From positions 1 through 29,001 of the IMG/VR virus record IMGVR_UViG_3300012953_000157: 29,001 bases of DNA; one strand, 5' to 3'. Position 1 is the stretch's first letter, and every line of letters begins with the position of its first letter. The position numbers and the translations under genes are program-made. Shown here in pieces: positions 1 through 8,982 of this stretch. The stretch is from a virus (lineage: Duplodnaviria > Caudoviricetes). The notes beneath the pieces were generated by a model. That model ran no database searches. It was not told the origin of the DNA and worked only from the letters and a program-made list of their open reading frames with translations.

Positions 1-40
1 AGAACGATACTTAAATAAAACAATAAATTCGGAGAATCAA

Positions 41-1342
41 ATGAGGCATGAAGTCCTTCATAAACCAAGGGGTGTAGAGTTTCTACGCTCAGACACCAGC
101 CACGTAAGGTATGGAAAGAAGATAATTGGTCTACCAAATTACCCAGTAATGGTGCTTACCAATTCAGAACGAGGTGATAGTAACTGCCAGAGAAAATGGT
201 GGTATGGGAATGGTGTCGGAATAAATAGCGACCGCACTACCGATGCCCTTAGATTTGGAAGTGAGGTACACGAGATACTTGAGCTTATATACCTGTATTA
301 CCATAAGCACCAAAAAGAAATACAACCGCGCTACGTTGATTCATTTCTTGAGGCTTCCTTCAAAAAGTGGGACAATTCTTACTTTTGCGGAGATGAAGAA
401 AGCTACGGACTAAGCACTGACCAAGTTGAAACTGAAAAAACAAGATTAAGAAGAGCAATTTACGGATATATTAGAAAGTACAATAAGGAACTTTCTAATA
501 TGAAAGTTGTTGGTGTTGAAACACCTATAGCAGCCCCCATACTTGATCCATACACTAAAAAGGTTTTCCAAAGTACGGTTCCCGTTATCTGGGATGAAAG
601 CATTAACGCCTACAGGATAGCGGTGCACACGGACAATAAAAAGCTAATCGTTAAAAGAAGGCTCAAGTGGTACCAAATATGCAAGCTTGATGCGATAGCT
701 GAAGTAGACGGAAAACTTTGGGTTGTTGAACACAAAACAACTAAAACTCCTAAAACATTTTCTGACAAGCTATATCTTGATACACAGCTACCTGGATATG
801 TTAGAGCGTTGCGTTCCGTAAGCGATGCGGGATTGCTGGGTGCAGAAAAATTGGATGTGGGTGGATACATCTATGATGTGATTTCATCACAAATGCAAAA
901 CGAGCCGAGAATCCTTGCCTCTGGAAAGATTTCATTAGCTAAAAATCAGAGGATTCCATCTTGGATCTTTAAAAAGAAGATTAAAGAACACGGGTTTGAG
1001 ATGTCAGACCCTAAAATTCTTGAATTTTACCTTTCACTTGTTGATAACATTGATCCTTACCTCTATATGCGAGAATGGGGGTACGTTACCCGACACGATA
1101 CAAATATGTATGGGATAGAGTTGTTTAGTGTCGCAAAACAATTGGCTGAAAACAGAAAGAACCAGATTAATTTGAGGACTATCTATGATGTGGCCTTGAA
1201 TTTCCCAAGAACCCCAATCTGTAGGAAGCCTGGGGGTTTTTGCGCTTACACGCAAATCTGCTCTGCAGACACAATGGATTTTGAGAAGCAGACAATAAAC
1301 CACAGGGTGTCTTGGCACCCAAAAAATAAAGGAGCGAAATAG
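41..1342 (+). CDS. PD-(D/E)XK exonuclease, Cas4/RecB/AddB-like, with probable Fe-S staple
   Basis: N-terminal C-x-R-K-W and 'FGSEVHEILE'; catalytic-type 'KLDAIAE...VVEHKTT'; 'QLPGY'; C-terminal Cys cluster 'CRKPGGFCAYTQIC'. GGAG RBS upstream. Lies directly upstream of the Sak4-like ATPase and SSB. Confidence 0.85.
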   Translation: MRHEVLHKPRGVEFLRSDTSHVRYGKKIIGLPNYPVMVLTNSERGDSNCQRKWWYGNGVGINSDRTTDALRFGSEVHEILELIYLYYHKHQKEIQPRYVDSFLEASFKKWDNSYFCGDEESYGLSTDQVETEKTRLRRAIYGYIRKYNKELSNMKVVGVETPIAAPILDPYTKKVFQSTVPVIWDESINAYRIAVHTDNKKLIVKRRLKWYQICKLDAIAEVDGKLWVVEHKTTKTPKTFSDKLYLDTQLPGYVRALRSVSDAGLLGAEKLDVGGYIYDVISSQMQNEPRILASGKISLAKNQRIPSWIFKKKIKEHGFEMSDPKILEFYLSLVDNIDPYLYMREWGYVTRHDTNMYGIELFSVAKQLAENRKNQINLRTIYDVALNFPRTPICRKPGGFCAYTQICSADTMDFEKQTINHRVSWHPKNKGAK

Positions 1343-2088
1343 TGTCTATTTTAGATGAAATGTTCAAGGCTGGCGAATGCCAGGATTTGCAAGCAAAAAT
1401 ATTAATTTATGGTGACTCTGGATCAGGAAAAACATACGGATGCTCAAGATCAAACAATACAATTGTTCTTCTCTGTGAAAAGAACGGTATGGTGAGCGTC
1501 CGTCACAGCAATTCCAATGCTCTAGTTGTTGGATGCACCAACATCTCTGAAGTTAGAGCATTCATGCATGAAGCTATGAATGGTGGCCTTAAGAAGCATG
1601 GTGTTGAAACCATTGTAATTGATGGTCTGACTGAAATCCAGAGAATGATAAAGGACGAGATTATTGGCTCTGGAAAACAGATGAAGCTTCAAGACTGGGG
1701 TCTTCTCGCCGACAAGATGCGAAAACTTTTACGCACTATCAGAAATCTTCCATTCAATGTCATCTGCACTGCTCTTGCCGAATATACCTATAACGAAGAT
1801 CAGGTTCGATATACGAACCCTCAGTTTGAAGGAAAGAAGACGGCAGCAGAAGTAATGCAGTACTTTAGCGCTGTAGGGGTGGCTTACAAAAAAGTAAATA
1901 AAGAGAAGGACACAGTTGAATACCGCGTGCTTTTTAGCGGACCGGCAACAGTGATGTGCAAGAGTGCAGGCTCGTTAGAGAATACAGAGCCTGGTGAGGC
2001 AGCAGTATGGCTTAGAAAGCTATCTCTAAAATCACAAACAACAAACAATGGCTCTAATGGTGTAAAGAGGCAGCAGCAGAGGCGTTAG
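1342..2088 (+). CDS. Sak4-like AAA ATPase (phage ssDNA-annealing recombinase, AAA_24-type)
   Basis: Walker A 'ILIYGDSGSGKT', Walker B 'TIVIDGLTEI', then 'DWG' and 'NVICTAL'. GTG start overlaps the upstream TAG. Exonuclease-Sak4-SSB synteny. Confidence 0.85.
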   Translation: MSILDEMFKAGECQDLQAKILIYGDSGSGKTYGCSRSNNTIVLLCEKNGMVSVRHSNSNALVVGCTNISEVRAFMHEAMNGGLKKHGVETIVIDGLTEIQRMIKDEIIGSGKQMKLQDWGLLADKMRKLLRTIRNLPFNVICTALAEYTYNEDQVRYTNPQFEGKKTAAEVMQYFSAVGVAYKKVNKEKDTVEYRVLFSGPATVMCKSAGSLENTEPGEAAVWLRKLSLKSQTTNNGSNGVKRQQQRR

Positions 2089-2101
2089 AGGTGAACTGGC
2101 C

Positions 2102-2130
2102 TTGATTATTAGTCTTATTAATGATAAATT
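2102..2130 (+). promoter_or_regulatory. Putative sigma70-type promoter upstream of SSB
   Basis: TTGATT (2102-2107), 17-nt spacer, TAAATT (2125-2130) preceded by TGn, in an AT-rich intergenic gap. Confidence 0.45.
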
Positions 2131-2170
2131 TCAATTGTGAATTAACACACAATAACGGAGAAAATAACCC

Positions 2171-2725
2171 ATGTCTTTTATGGTCGACCCAAGTCAATTA
2201 GAAGAATCGTCTGGAACTGAATTTGAGAGAGAACAATATGCTCTCGAAGGAAAAAAAGTCCTACAATGTGTAGGGACATATAAAGCTACTGCCTCAACTG
2301 GCACACCTTATTATCGGTGCAAATTCGTTGTTCTCAATGACCTTGAGGACCAAGGTGATGAAGGAAATGTTGTGTGGAAGAATTTCTTCCTGAGCGATAA
2401 AGCTGTCAGGTTTCTCTTGTACTTCACAAGAGCAATGGGGCATCGATCACCTTTTGATGCAGCACAAGAGGCCGTTTTTGATGCAATCGCTAAAAGCCGC
2501 CCATTTATTGGGGAGCTTGTTGGTGATGGGGATTACGGTCCAGACATCTCAAGATTCAACAGGGCAAGCATCTCTGATCTTCCAGAGGAAATGGATAAAC
2601 TCATTGAGAAATCTTCGGCAAAATTTGAAGATTGGGTTCAGTGGAAGAAGAGTGGAGGATCGTCAAACAACGGTCAGTCAAAAACATACAAGCATGAAGA
2701 CAAGTATGGAGACATTCCTTTCTAA
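2171..2725 (+). CDS. Phage single-stranded DNA-binding protein (DUF669-like)
   Basis: beta-rich N-terminal region ('ASTGTPYYRCKFVV...VWKNFFL'), flexible G/S/N linker, acidic C-terminal tip 'GDIPF'. Follows the Sak4-like gene. Confidence 0.75.
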   Translation: MSFMVDPSQLEESSGTEFEREQYALEGKKVLQCVGTYKATASTGTPYYRCKFVVLNDLEDQGDEGNVVWKNFFLSDKAVRFLLYFTRAMGHRSPFDAAQEAVFDAIAKSRPFIGELVGDGDYGPDISRFNRASISDLPEEMDKLIEKSSAKFEDWVQWKKSGGSSNNGQSKTYKHEDKYGDIPF

Positions 2726-2741
2726 ACAAAATTAAAATAAA

Positions 2742-2776
2742 ATGAGTGGCCCCAGCGAATATTTGGGGCCACTCAT
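2742..2776. terminator. Perfect 13-bp inverted repeat (terminator-like hairpin)
   Basis: ATGAGTGGCCCCA (2742-2754) pairs with TGGGGCCACTCAT (2764-2776), 9-nt loop. The A-rich tract lies upstream, so a U-tract follows only on the - strand. Confidence 0.65.
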
Positions 2777-2792
2777 AATTCGGAGAAAGAAA

Positions 2793-3872
2793 ATGATAGC
2801 AACAGTAATTAAGCCAGAATTTTGGTCTTATAATCTTAGTTTAGCACACTCTGGACTTCTTCTCTATCTAATGTCTAAGATGGATAAGGACGGGATAGCC
2901 TGTATTGACATTACAGCAGATGAGGCAGCTAAGTTAAATTTAAACACAGACAGATTTGTAAGAGGAGCAAGACAATTAGAGTCTCTTGGGTTCGTCGCAA
3001 TATATTCTGTGAACGGCAAGACTTATGCATGGACACCAATCGTATCGCGGACACAACCAACAAAAGGCAACTTAAAACGTGAACGGAATAGCACACTGCC
3101 ACCCCCATCTGCAGAAAAAGTGATTGGACTTGTAAAGTCTCTATACAATATAGAATCAATAAAAGAAGCCAAAAGAATTTGCCCTAGAGCCTGGGGAATA
3201 AAAAGAAATCCCTCAACGATACCAACAGAGGAAATCAGAAGTGTATTTGAAGAGTGGCAGAAACGGCAATCAAGACCAGGAGGTTGCCTATTTAATAGGC
3301 CCGCTCAGGACAGTATCAAAAGTCCCTTAAAGGCTGGCTTCACTTCCCTCCAATTGCGTTCTCTTATTGAATTTGCTTACGAAGCGGATCATCCAGCAGC
3401 AAGATTTTGGAGGGGTGATAATGATAGAAACAGAAAGTATCTGGGTATAGAAAATCTATTCAGAATAAGAATGATGAATGATAGAATTTCTATGCTGGAT
3501 GAGTATATTGAAGTCAATCATCACAAGCACGATCCAAATGGACCGATCAGTCTTTATCATAAAGAGCGTCCCTTAGAAGCGAAAGGGGGGCCACCTAGCA
3601 CCTTAACAAGCGCAGAAACTGCAGCGCTAAACACTCAGCAAACCAAGATATTAACACTTCTTGTTGAGAATGGTGATGAAGGGGTGTGGACGCAAGATCT
3701 TGCCAGAACAGCACTTAAGTACTCAGCGAGAATATCTGAACTCAGAGGACTTGGGTACTCAATTGTGGTAGCCGAAAGAACAGATCATGGAAACAACAGA
3801 TACGTTCTAAGATCAAGAAACACGGTAGATGCAAGCACGAAAAAGTTAAGGCTAGTAGAGGGTGGGAAATGA
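2793..3872 (+). CDS. Putative replication initiator (N-terminal wHTH, central phage-replication-type domain, C-terminal HTH)
   Basis: Start moved from 2742 (inside the hairpin) to in-frame ATG 2793, which has a GGAG RBS at 2782. N-terminal 'LLLYLMSKMDKDG...QLESLGFV..Y' is wHTH-like; central 'KYLGIENLFR'; C-terminal 'ILTLL...SARISELRGLGYSI...RYVL' HTH. Overlaps the primase-helicase (ATGA). Confidence 0.55.
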   Translation: MIATVIKPEFWSYNLSLAHSGLLLYLMSKMDKDGIACIDITADEAAKLNLNTDRFVRGARQLESLGFVAIYSVNGKTYAWTPIVSRTQPTKGNLKRERNSTLPPPSAEKVIGLVKSLYNIESIKEAKRICPRAWGIKRNPSTIPTEEIRSVFEEWQKRQSRPGGCLFNRPAQDSIKSPLKAGFTSLQLRSLIEFAYEADHPAARFWRGDNDRNRKYLGIENLFRIRMMNDRISMLDEYIEVNHHKHDPNGPISLYHKERPLEAKGGPPSTLTSAETAALNTQQTKILTLLVENGDEGVWTQDLARTALKYSARISELRGLGYSIVVAERTDHGNNRYVLRSRNTVDASTKKLRLVEGGK

Positions 3873-5854
3873 AATGGATAGATCAAATAAACAGTAATGG
3901 AGTATGGGAGATAGGCTCCATGCTTCAAATGAGTAAAGCAAAAGGGCAGTCATTGACTCCATGTCCAGCCTGCAATGCAGAGACAAGAGGTTCAGGCGAC
4001 CGAAGAGGACCAATAGGGGTAAGGGGTGATGATCTTGGATGGAGATGCCTATCATGCGGCATAGCGGGTGATGCTGCGGACTTAGTTTCAGTAAAATTAA
4101 CGGGTCGAATTCTTTCAAATATAGAACGTGAGGAACGACAAAAAATAAAGGAGTGGGCAATGAATGCTCAAATAATAAAACAGGATGGATTCAATCCGTC
4201 GAGGAATGTTAGACCAGCAGTAAGGAAAACTAAAAAACCAGAAAAGACCAAAGGGAAGTTTCAGTTCAGTGTTGGACTAGCCAAAGCATCACATGGGGCT
4301 TTGATTAATGCATTGTCGTCAATCAATGATGGTGAACAAAGAACGAGGGAAAATTATTTACAGCGAGAGGTAGCCCAATACCTAAAGCACAGAGGAATAA
4401 CAGAAGAATCAATACACGAATGGTCTTTGGGTGCATACCTCACCGACAATAAAAAAGAAATCTACCTAACTATTCCTATTTTCAACGCTAAGAAGGAGAT
4501 AGTAAACATAAGGTTCCGCTCTATTCCTGGTATGTGTCTCTACTGCCAAGGTTCTTCTTGCAACCGATGCAAGAATGGTGAGGTTAAAAAAATATACTAT
4601 AATTGTGCTGGAGCAACTGCAGCGCTGCATGGTGAGCATCTACTGTCCAAGAATAAGAAAAGCACAGTTCTTATCTGCGAGGGTGAGTTGGATCTGATCT
4701 CTTTGTGGCAAATGGGATTCAAGGAAAATATTGTCACAGGGACGGCTGGCGCCGGAACATTTAAAGATGAGTGGTTGGATTCTCTTGAGCCATACAGAGA
4801 TTTCGTCATTATGTATGATGATGATGACGCGGGAAATGAAGGAGCGGCAAAGCTTGCAAAAAAGCTTGGAAAGTATAGGTGTGGAAGGGTGGATTTGAAT
4901 CCGCATGAAGATCCCAACGACTGGCTTATGTCGTCTTCACCAGTTGAGGATCTGGCAATTGCCCTTGATAACGCATCCCCAATGATGGATGCTAGACTGA
5001 AGCGGGTAGAGTCTTATTCTGGAGAATTAGAAGACTTAATCAGAAATCCGTTGTCCCTTAAAGGTAGAAGCACAGGCAATTATGATATTGATGACGCTAT
5101 GGGTGGTTGGCGTCCAGGGTTATCTATATTTACTGGGGACACAGCCAGCGGCAAGACAACCCTAACCACGTGGCTAGCCCACGAACAAGCAAAACAGAAT
5201 GTCGGCGTAATGCTTACCTCTTATGAGCAACGGCCAATCGGGACAGTACAGAAGCTCATGAGATTAGAGTGTGGTGACTTCACAAGGGTCACCCAGTCCG
5301 AAAGGGAGGGTGCGTATGCAAGGCTGTCAAACATGCCCTTATATCTTCTTGATCATTATGGGGAAATGGATTTCAGCAAATTACTTGAAGTGATCAAATA
5401 TGCTGTTAGAAGGTTAGATGTGGAGTGGTTCTTGGTTGATCACCTTGGATTTCTTTTAGATACTAAAGCCAAAGACGAAAGAAGAGACATAGAAGCGAAA
5501 ATTAGAGAGCTTGCTGTCTTAGCGGTAAATGAGGGCGTAACGATAGTGCTTATCTGTCATCCAAACAACCTATCAGTAGCACATCAGAGACGTGTAAAGC
5601 TTACTGACTGCAAGGGTGCATCTGCAATACGACAAGATGCTCATATAGGTGTAGTCGTAGAGAGGGTTGATTATGGTCCAGATAAGCCTATAAAATATCC
5701 CGCTACAAGACTCTATTTTGATAAGGTCAGATCGGAGTTTGGCAGACAAGGATCTGAAGTTATCCTATTCTTTGATCTTGACTGGTGTGCTTATGTAGAC
5801 AATTTTGACGCCACACCAACACACATAGCCAATCAAAATGGACAATTTATATAA
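3869..5854 (+). CDS. Bifunctional primase-helicase (zinc finger, TOPRIM, SF4 DnaB-like helicase; T7 gp4/Twinkle-like)
   Basis: CPAC...CLSC zinc finger; TOPRIM motifs 'ICEGELDLISL', 'MYDDDDAG', 'EDPND'; helicase Walker A 'GDTASGKT', 'LVDHL', 'ICHPN', 'KGASAIRQDAH', 'KVR'. Confidence 0.92.
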   Translation: MKWIDQINSNGVWEIGSMLQMSKAKGQSLTPCPACNAETRGSGDRRGPIGVRGDDLGWRCLSCGIAGDAADLVSVKLTGRILSNIEREERQKIKEWAMNAQIIKQDGFNPSRNVRPAVRKTKKPEKTKGKFQFSVGLAKASHGALINALSSINDGEQRTRENYLQREVAQYLKHRGITEESIHEWSLGAYLTDNKKEIYLTIPIFNAKKEIVNIRFRSIPGMCLYCQGSSCNRCKNGEVKKIYYNCAGATAALHGEHLLSKNKKSTVLICEGELDLISLWQMGFKENIVTGTAGAGTFKDEWLDSLEPYRDFVIMYDDDDAGNEGAAKLAKKLGKYRCGRVDLNPHEDPNDWLMSSSPVEDLAIALDNASPMMDARLKRVESYSGELEDLIRNPLSLKGRSTGNYDIDDAMGGWRPGLSIFTGDTASGKTTLTTWLAHEQAKQNVGVMLTSYEQRPIGTVQKLMRLECGDFTRVTQSEREGAYARLSNMPLYLLDHYGEMDFSKLLEVIKYAVRRLDVEWFLVDHLGFLLDTKAKDERRDIEAKIRELAVLAVNEGVTIVLICHPNNLSVAHQRRVKLTDCKGASAIRQDAHIGVVVERVDYGPDKPIKYPATRLYFDKVRSEFGRQGSEVILFFDLDWCAYVDNFDATPTHIANQNGQFI

Positions 5855-5856
5855 AG

Positions 5857-6765
5857 GTGGATTCAGAGATGATAAATAGAGTACCAGATTTAATTTCAAT
5901 GCCAACACAAGCCAGAGGAGTGCTTGTAAGGTGTTCACCAAAGAAAGACCCGAAGGGTGGTCCAGGCGCGTTGATATTTACCATTGACGTATCGTTCTCT
6001 ATTTTAGATAGGGAAGATGCTGCTACAGTTGAGAAGTACTGTAGGGGTGCGCTGCATATGTGGCTTGCAGGCCAAGAGGGAGGAAAAGGTTCTGTAAAAG
6101 ACCAGTCCGATTATGGGATGGTCAAGGTAACATACACAAATGGGGATACAGATATATGTGCCGGATTTGCTGACATTGTGTTTAGTTCAGTATCAGTAAA
6201 AGGTGAGGCAGCCAATCTGCTAATTAGATTCAAGATAAACGGACTGATGGAGAAAGCATGGTCTAACTTAATCTCTATGCTTGACCAAGATTTGGCCATA
6301 AGCCTTGAGGGAAGGCAGACAAGCTTTGATTTTAATGGTGACAATGATACCATTGAGACAAATGGATTAAATGGAAATCATACTGAAGTCGTTAAAGTTA
6401 CACAAATCAGCAATGGTCTATCCGACTCATATGGCATTATATCTTCATTTACAGACACAGACGGTGCAAAACTAATACTGTGCGAGATTGACGGAAGCAC
6501 AAAAATTATAGAAGAAGAATCCTTTGAAGTAAAATCAACTATGGAACTTGAAATGTCAGAGGATCTTGTGGCGCTTTACATGTCTAAGTGTTCTGCCTCA
6601 GGCGTTCCCCCCACATGGGTTGACATCTGTTATGCAGTGGCATCCCTATACAAGAACGGAACGATAACAATAAACAAAAACAATTCCTGGACAATTAGTA
6701 CTGATATTATTGAAAGGGCAATTGATATTGGTAATGGGAGAAGGGAAATGGAAATAATGGAATGA
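5857..6765 (+). CDS. Hypothetical protein
   Basis: 302-aa ORF tightly packed between its neighbours (2-nt gap upstream, ATGA overlap downstream). No motif recognised; start may be GTG 5857 or ATG 5869. Confidence 0.75.
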   Translation: MDSEMINRVPDLISMPTQARGVLVRCSPKKDPKGGPGALIFTIDVSFSILDREDAATVEKYCRGALHMWLAGQEGGKGSVKDQSDYGMVKVTYTNGDTDICAGFADIVFSSVSVKGEAANLLIRFKINGLMEKAWSNLISMLDQDLAISLEGRQTSFDFNGDNDTIETNGLNGNHTEVVKVTQISNGLSDSYGIISSFTDTDGAKLILCEIDGSTKIIEEESFEVKSTMELEMSEDLVALYMSKCSASGVPPTWVDICYAVASLYKNGTITINKNNSWTISTDIIERAIDIGNGRREMEIME

Positions 6766-7058
6766 AATTCACAACAATTAGAGATCTTCAGTTTTATAAG
6801 CCAACGCCCGAAAACATGTACGCTCTTGTTACTCTACCTAAAGGAACTGAAGTTATTGTTCTAAACAATAGGCAGACAAGAAGACTTTCGTATTTGGAGC
6901 AAGACGCAATAAAGAGAATGAGAAAGCGTGAAAGAAATACGGTGGCGTTTATGTGGGAAGGTCTTCTCAGAACAGCAGTAACAGGAAAAGACTTGATTCA
7001 AACTAAAGCAAAAAGTCGCTCATCCTTCTTACAAGGGTTAATAAGTGGAAAAGACTAA
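6762..7058 (+). CDS. Hypothetical basic protein
   Basis: 98 aa, translationally coupled to the upstream gene by an ATGA overlap. Confidence 0.65.
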   Translation: MKFTTIRDLQFYKPTPENMYALVTLPKGTEVIVLNNRQTRRLSYLEQDAIKRMRKRERNTVAFMWEGLLRTAVTGKDLIQTKAKSRSSFLQGLISGKD

Positions 7059-7302
7059 ATTAATTATACTAAATGGAGCAAAGGACGACCTTGACGCCTC
7101 AAATAAAGATTTGCAGGAATCTTTATCAAGTGGATACAGGGTTATATCGTCTCATCCCATAATGTCATCAGGCAAGCCGGCCATAGCAGTAATTGTATCG
7201 TATGAGGGCAAAAATAGAATAAATTATATTATTTACCCTTTAGTTGGGATATTTCTTATTAAGCTGGTAGAGGCACTACACTTTATAGCCGTAAATATTT
7301 AG
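7045..7302 (+). CDS. Hypothetical protein with a C-terminal hydrophobic (possible TM) segment
   Basis: 85 aa, GTG start, C-terminal 'YIIYPLVGIFLIKLVEALHFIAVNI'. Fills the gap before the ParB-domain gene. Confidence 0.55.
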   Translation: MEKTKLIILNGAKDDLDASNKDLQESLSSGYRVISSHPIMSSGKPAIAVIVSYEGKNRINYIIYPLVGIFLIKLVEALHFIAVNI

Positions 7303-7310
7303 GAGAAACA

Positions 7311-8078
7311 ATGTCAGCAGAATACACCAGAATGTCAGTAAACGATCTTATACCCGATCCTGAAAATCCACGTTCACACTCAAAGTATAATGTTGATGCT
7401 ATTCGAGCATCAATTGAGACTCATGGACAGGTTGAGCCTCTTGTTGTTCAAAAGAGTAGTAAGCAAATCATTGGCGGGAATGCCAGGTTTGGTGTCCTAA
7501 AAGAGATCGGATACGAAGATGTGGATGTTGTCTTGCTTGATATTGATGACTCAAAAGCAAGAGCATTGTCTATCAGCCTGAATAGGACTGGAGAATTGGC
7601 TACATGGGATGAAGATAACCTCGCGAAAGCTCTTGATAACCTTAAAGGTTTGGAAGACTTCGATTTTGATTCTTTGGGATTTGATCAGATGGAAATAGAT
7701 CATTATCTGTCATTCGGAATGATGGATGATGAGTTTGAGGCGACAGAGCTTTCAATGGAGCCGCCACCAGAAGACCATCCCTCTGTTCAAGCAAAGAAAG
7801 AATTTCTTGAAAAGTCTGGCGGCGTCTTCGTAAATGGATCAGTCAAGGGTGAGAATATGAGTATTATTCCCCACGGTACAGAACCCCAGAAGATGGCAGC
7901 ATCACATATACGTCAAGTTCAACTTCACTTCACGGTTGATGATGACAAAATTTTCCGTCTTTATTGCAGGAGACTGTGCGATATTTACGAAACAGACAAT
8001 CTGACTGATACTGTTTTTAAAGCACTAATTAATGAAGCAAACAAACATGGAGTAAGTGATGGCGAAGAGACAGTTTAG
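7311..8078 (+). CDS. ParB/Srx N-terminal-domain protein (no methyltransferase domain)
   Basis: 'LIPDPENPRSH...IRASIETHGQVEPLVV...IIGGNARF..LK.IG...VDVV...ALSISLNRTGELATWD' matches the ParB-N pattern of phage modification loci. AGGAG RBS. Confidence 0.88.
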   Translation: MSAEYTRMSVNDLIPDPENPRSHSKYNVDAIRASIETHGQVEPLVVQKSSKQIIGGNARFGVLKEIGYEDVDVVLLDIDDSKARALSISLNRTGELATWDEDNLAKALDNLKGLEDFDFDSLGFDQMEIDHYLSFGMMDDEFEATELSMEPPPEDHPSVQAKKEFLEKSGGVFVNGSVKGENMSIIPHGTEPQKMAASHIRQVQLHFTVDDDKIFRLYCRRLCDIYETDNLTDTVFKALINEANKHGVSDGEETV

Positions 8079-8982
8079 CAAAATGAAGGTTTACTCCCAA
8101 GTCCCCGCCGACCACATAAAAAAGTGGGAAGGAATACACCCTAAAGAGGAAGACTACGACTTCGTGATTGATGGAAACGCGAAGGTCTACAATTCTAAGA
8201 ATGTTCCTATCGCGATTGTTTATCGGGGCATTTTTACGGATGAGCAACTGGATGCTTCCTATCCAGCTTTTCGTCTATTTAGAGATGATAGAAATTTCTG
8301 GTCCGACAATAGAGGGCAGTATTCTGGACAAATTGAGCGGATCCATAAGGTGAAGAAAGACGGTACGATTTCAAGGCAAGGAAGATGTAAATCTATAGCC
8401 TCTGGAATAGCAGGGTACTACGAGTCAATCGGGGGAAGATTTAAGTTTCCAAGAGAAACAAAATATCTTCAGAAGTATCCTGAGCAATGGGAATCACTGA
8501 TGCCTATATTTAGGGTTTGCGGTTCTTGGATGCAAACAGCGGTCAAGGACCGATATGACATTCAGATGGATGCTGTAAAGAAGACTTCTAAGGATTGGGT
8601 TATCCCTGGCACCCCTTTCACTACAATCACCGTAAACAACTGCGTGCCGGCTGCATACCATCAAGATAACCGTGACTTGAAAGAGGGCATGGGATGCATG
8701 ATGGTTTACAGGCGCGGTGAATATGAAGGGTTTGAGTTGGTTGTGCCTGAATACAGATTTGCGATTAACATGAGACATGGAGATGTCCTGTTCTTTAATC
8801 CTTGCATCTGGCATGCAAACATGCTTCCTAAAAACGCTGTGGGTGAGGAAGCAGAGGACTGGGAAAGAATCAGTGTGGTTATGTATTTCAGGAAGAACCT
8901 AATGAAGGAACCCCCAAAAGAGGAAGCTTTACAGAGAGTAAAGAAGAGGGAATCTGAAAGGTATATGGGGACAAATGACTGA
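8056..8982 (+). CDS. TET/JBP-family 2-oxoglutarate/Fe(II) dioxygenase (5-methylpyrimidine DNA hydroxylase-like)
   Basis: 'SGIAGYY'; 'TPFTTITVN...AYHQDNRD' (HxD); 'GFELVVPEY..AINMRHGDVLFF'; 'WHAN' (distal His); 'ERISVVMYFR' (2OG-binding Arg). This is the double-stranded beta-helix signature of phage TET/JBP enzymes. Confidence 0.9.
   Translation: MMAKRQFSKMKVYSQVPADHIKKWEGIHPKEEDYDFVIDGNAKVYNSKNVPIAIVYRGIFTDEQLDASYPAFRLFRDDRNFWSDNRGQYSGQIERIHKVKKDGTISRQGRCKSIASGIAGYYESIGGRFKFPRETKYLQKYPEQWESLMPIFRVCGSWMQTAVKDRYDIQMDAVKKTSKDWVIPGTPFTTITVNNCVPAAYHQDNRDLKEGMGCMMVYRRGEYEGFELVVPEYRFAINMRHGDVLFFNPCIWHANMLPKNAVGEEAEDWERISVVMYFRKNLMKEPPKEEALQRVKKRESERYMGTND

Noticed and set aside
41-1342. Cas4-like nuclease as evidence of a CRISPR-Cas system
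   Set aside because: No repeat-spacer array or other cas genes were seen; the exonuclease-Sak4-SSB context indicates a phage recombination module.
26-2787. Repeat AATTCGGAGAA at 26-36 and 2777-2787 (CGGAGAA also at about 2156)
   Set aside because: Each copy coincides with the Shine-Dalgarno site of the following gene and is explained as an RBS.
2742-2792. ORF-track starts at 2742, 11348 and 20724
   Set aside because: Downstream in-frame ATGs (2793, 11378, 20742) have well-spaced SD sequences, while the longer starts fall inside hairpin or leader elements.
7045-7302. Holin call for the small hydrophobic ORF
   Set aside because: It has only one C-terminal hydrophobic stretch and no adjacent endolysin, which is insufficient support.
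7311-8078. ParABS plasmid-prophage partition system
   Set aside because: No ParA ATPase and no canonical ParB HTH region; the ParB-N domain is the type associated with phage DNA-modification loci.
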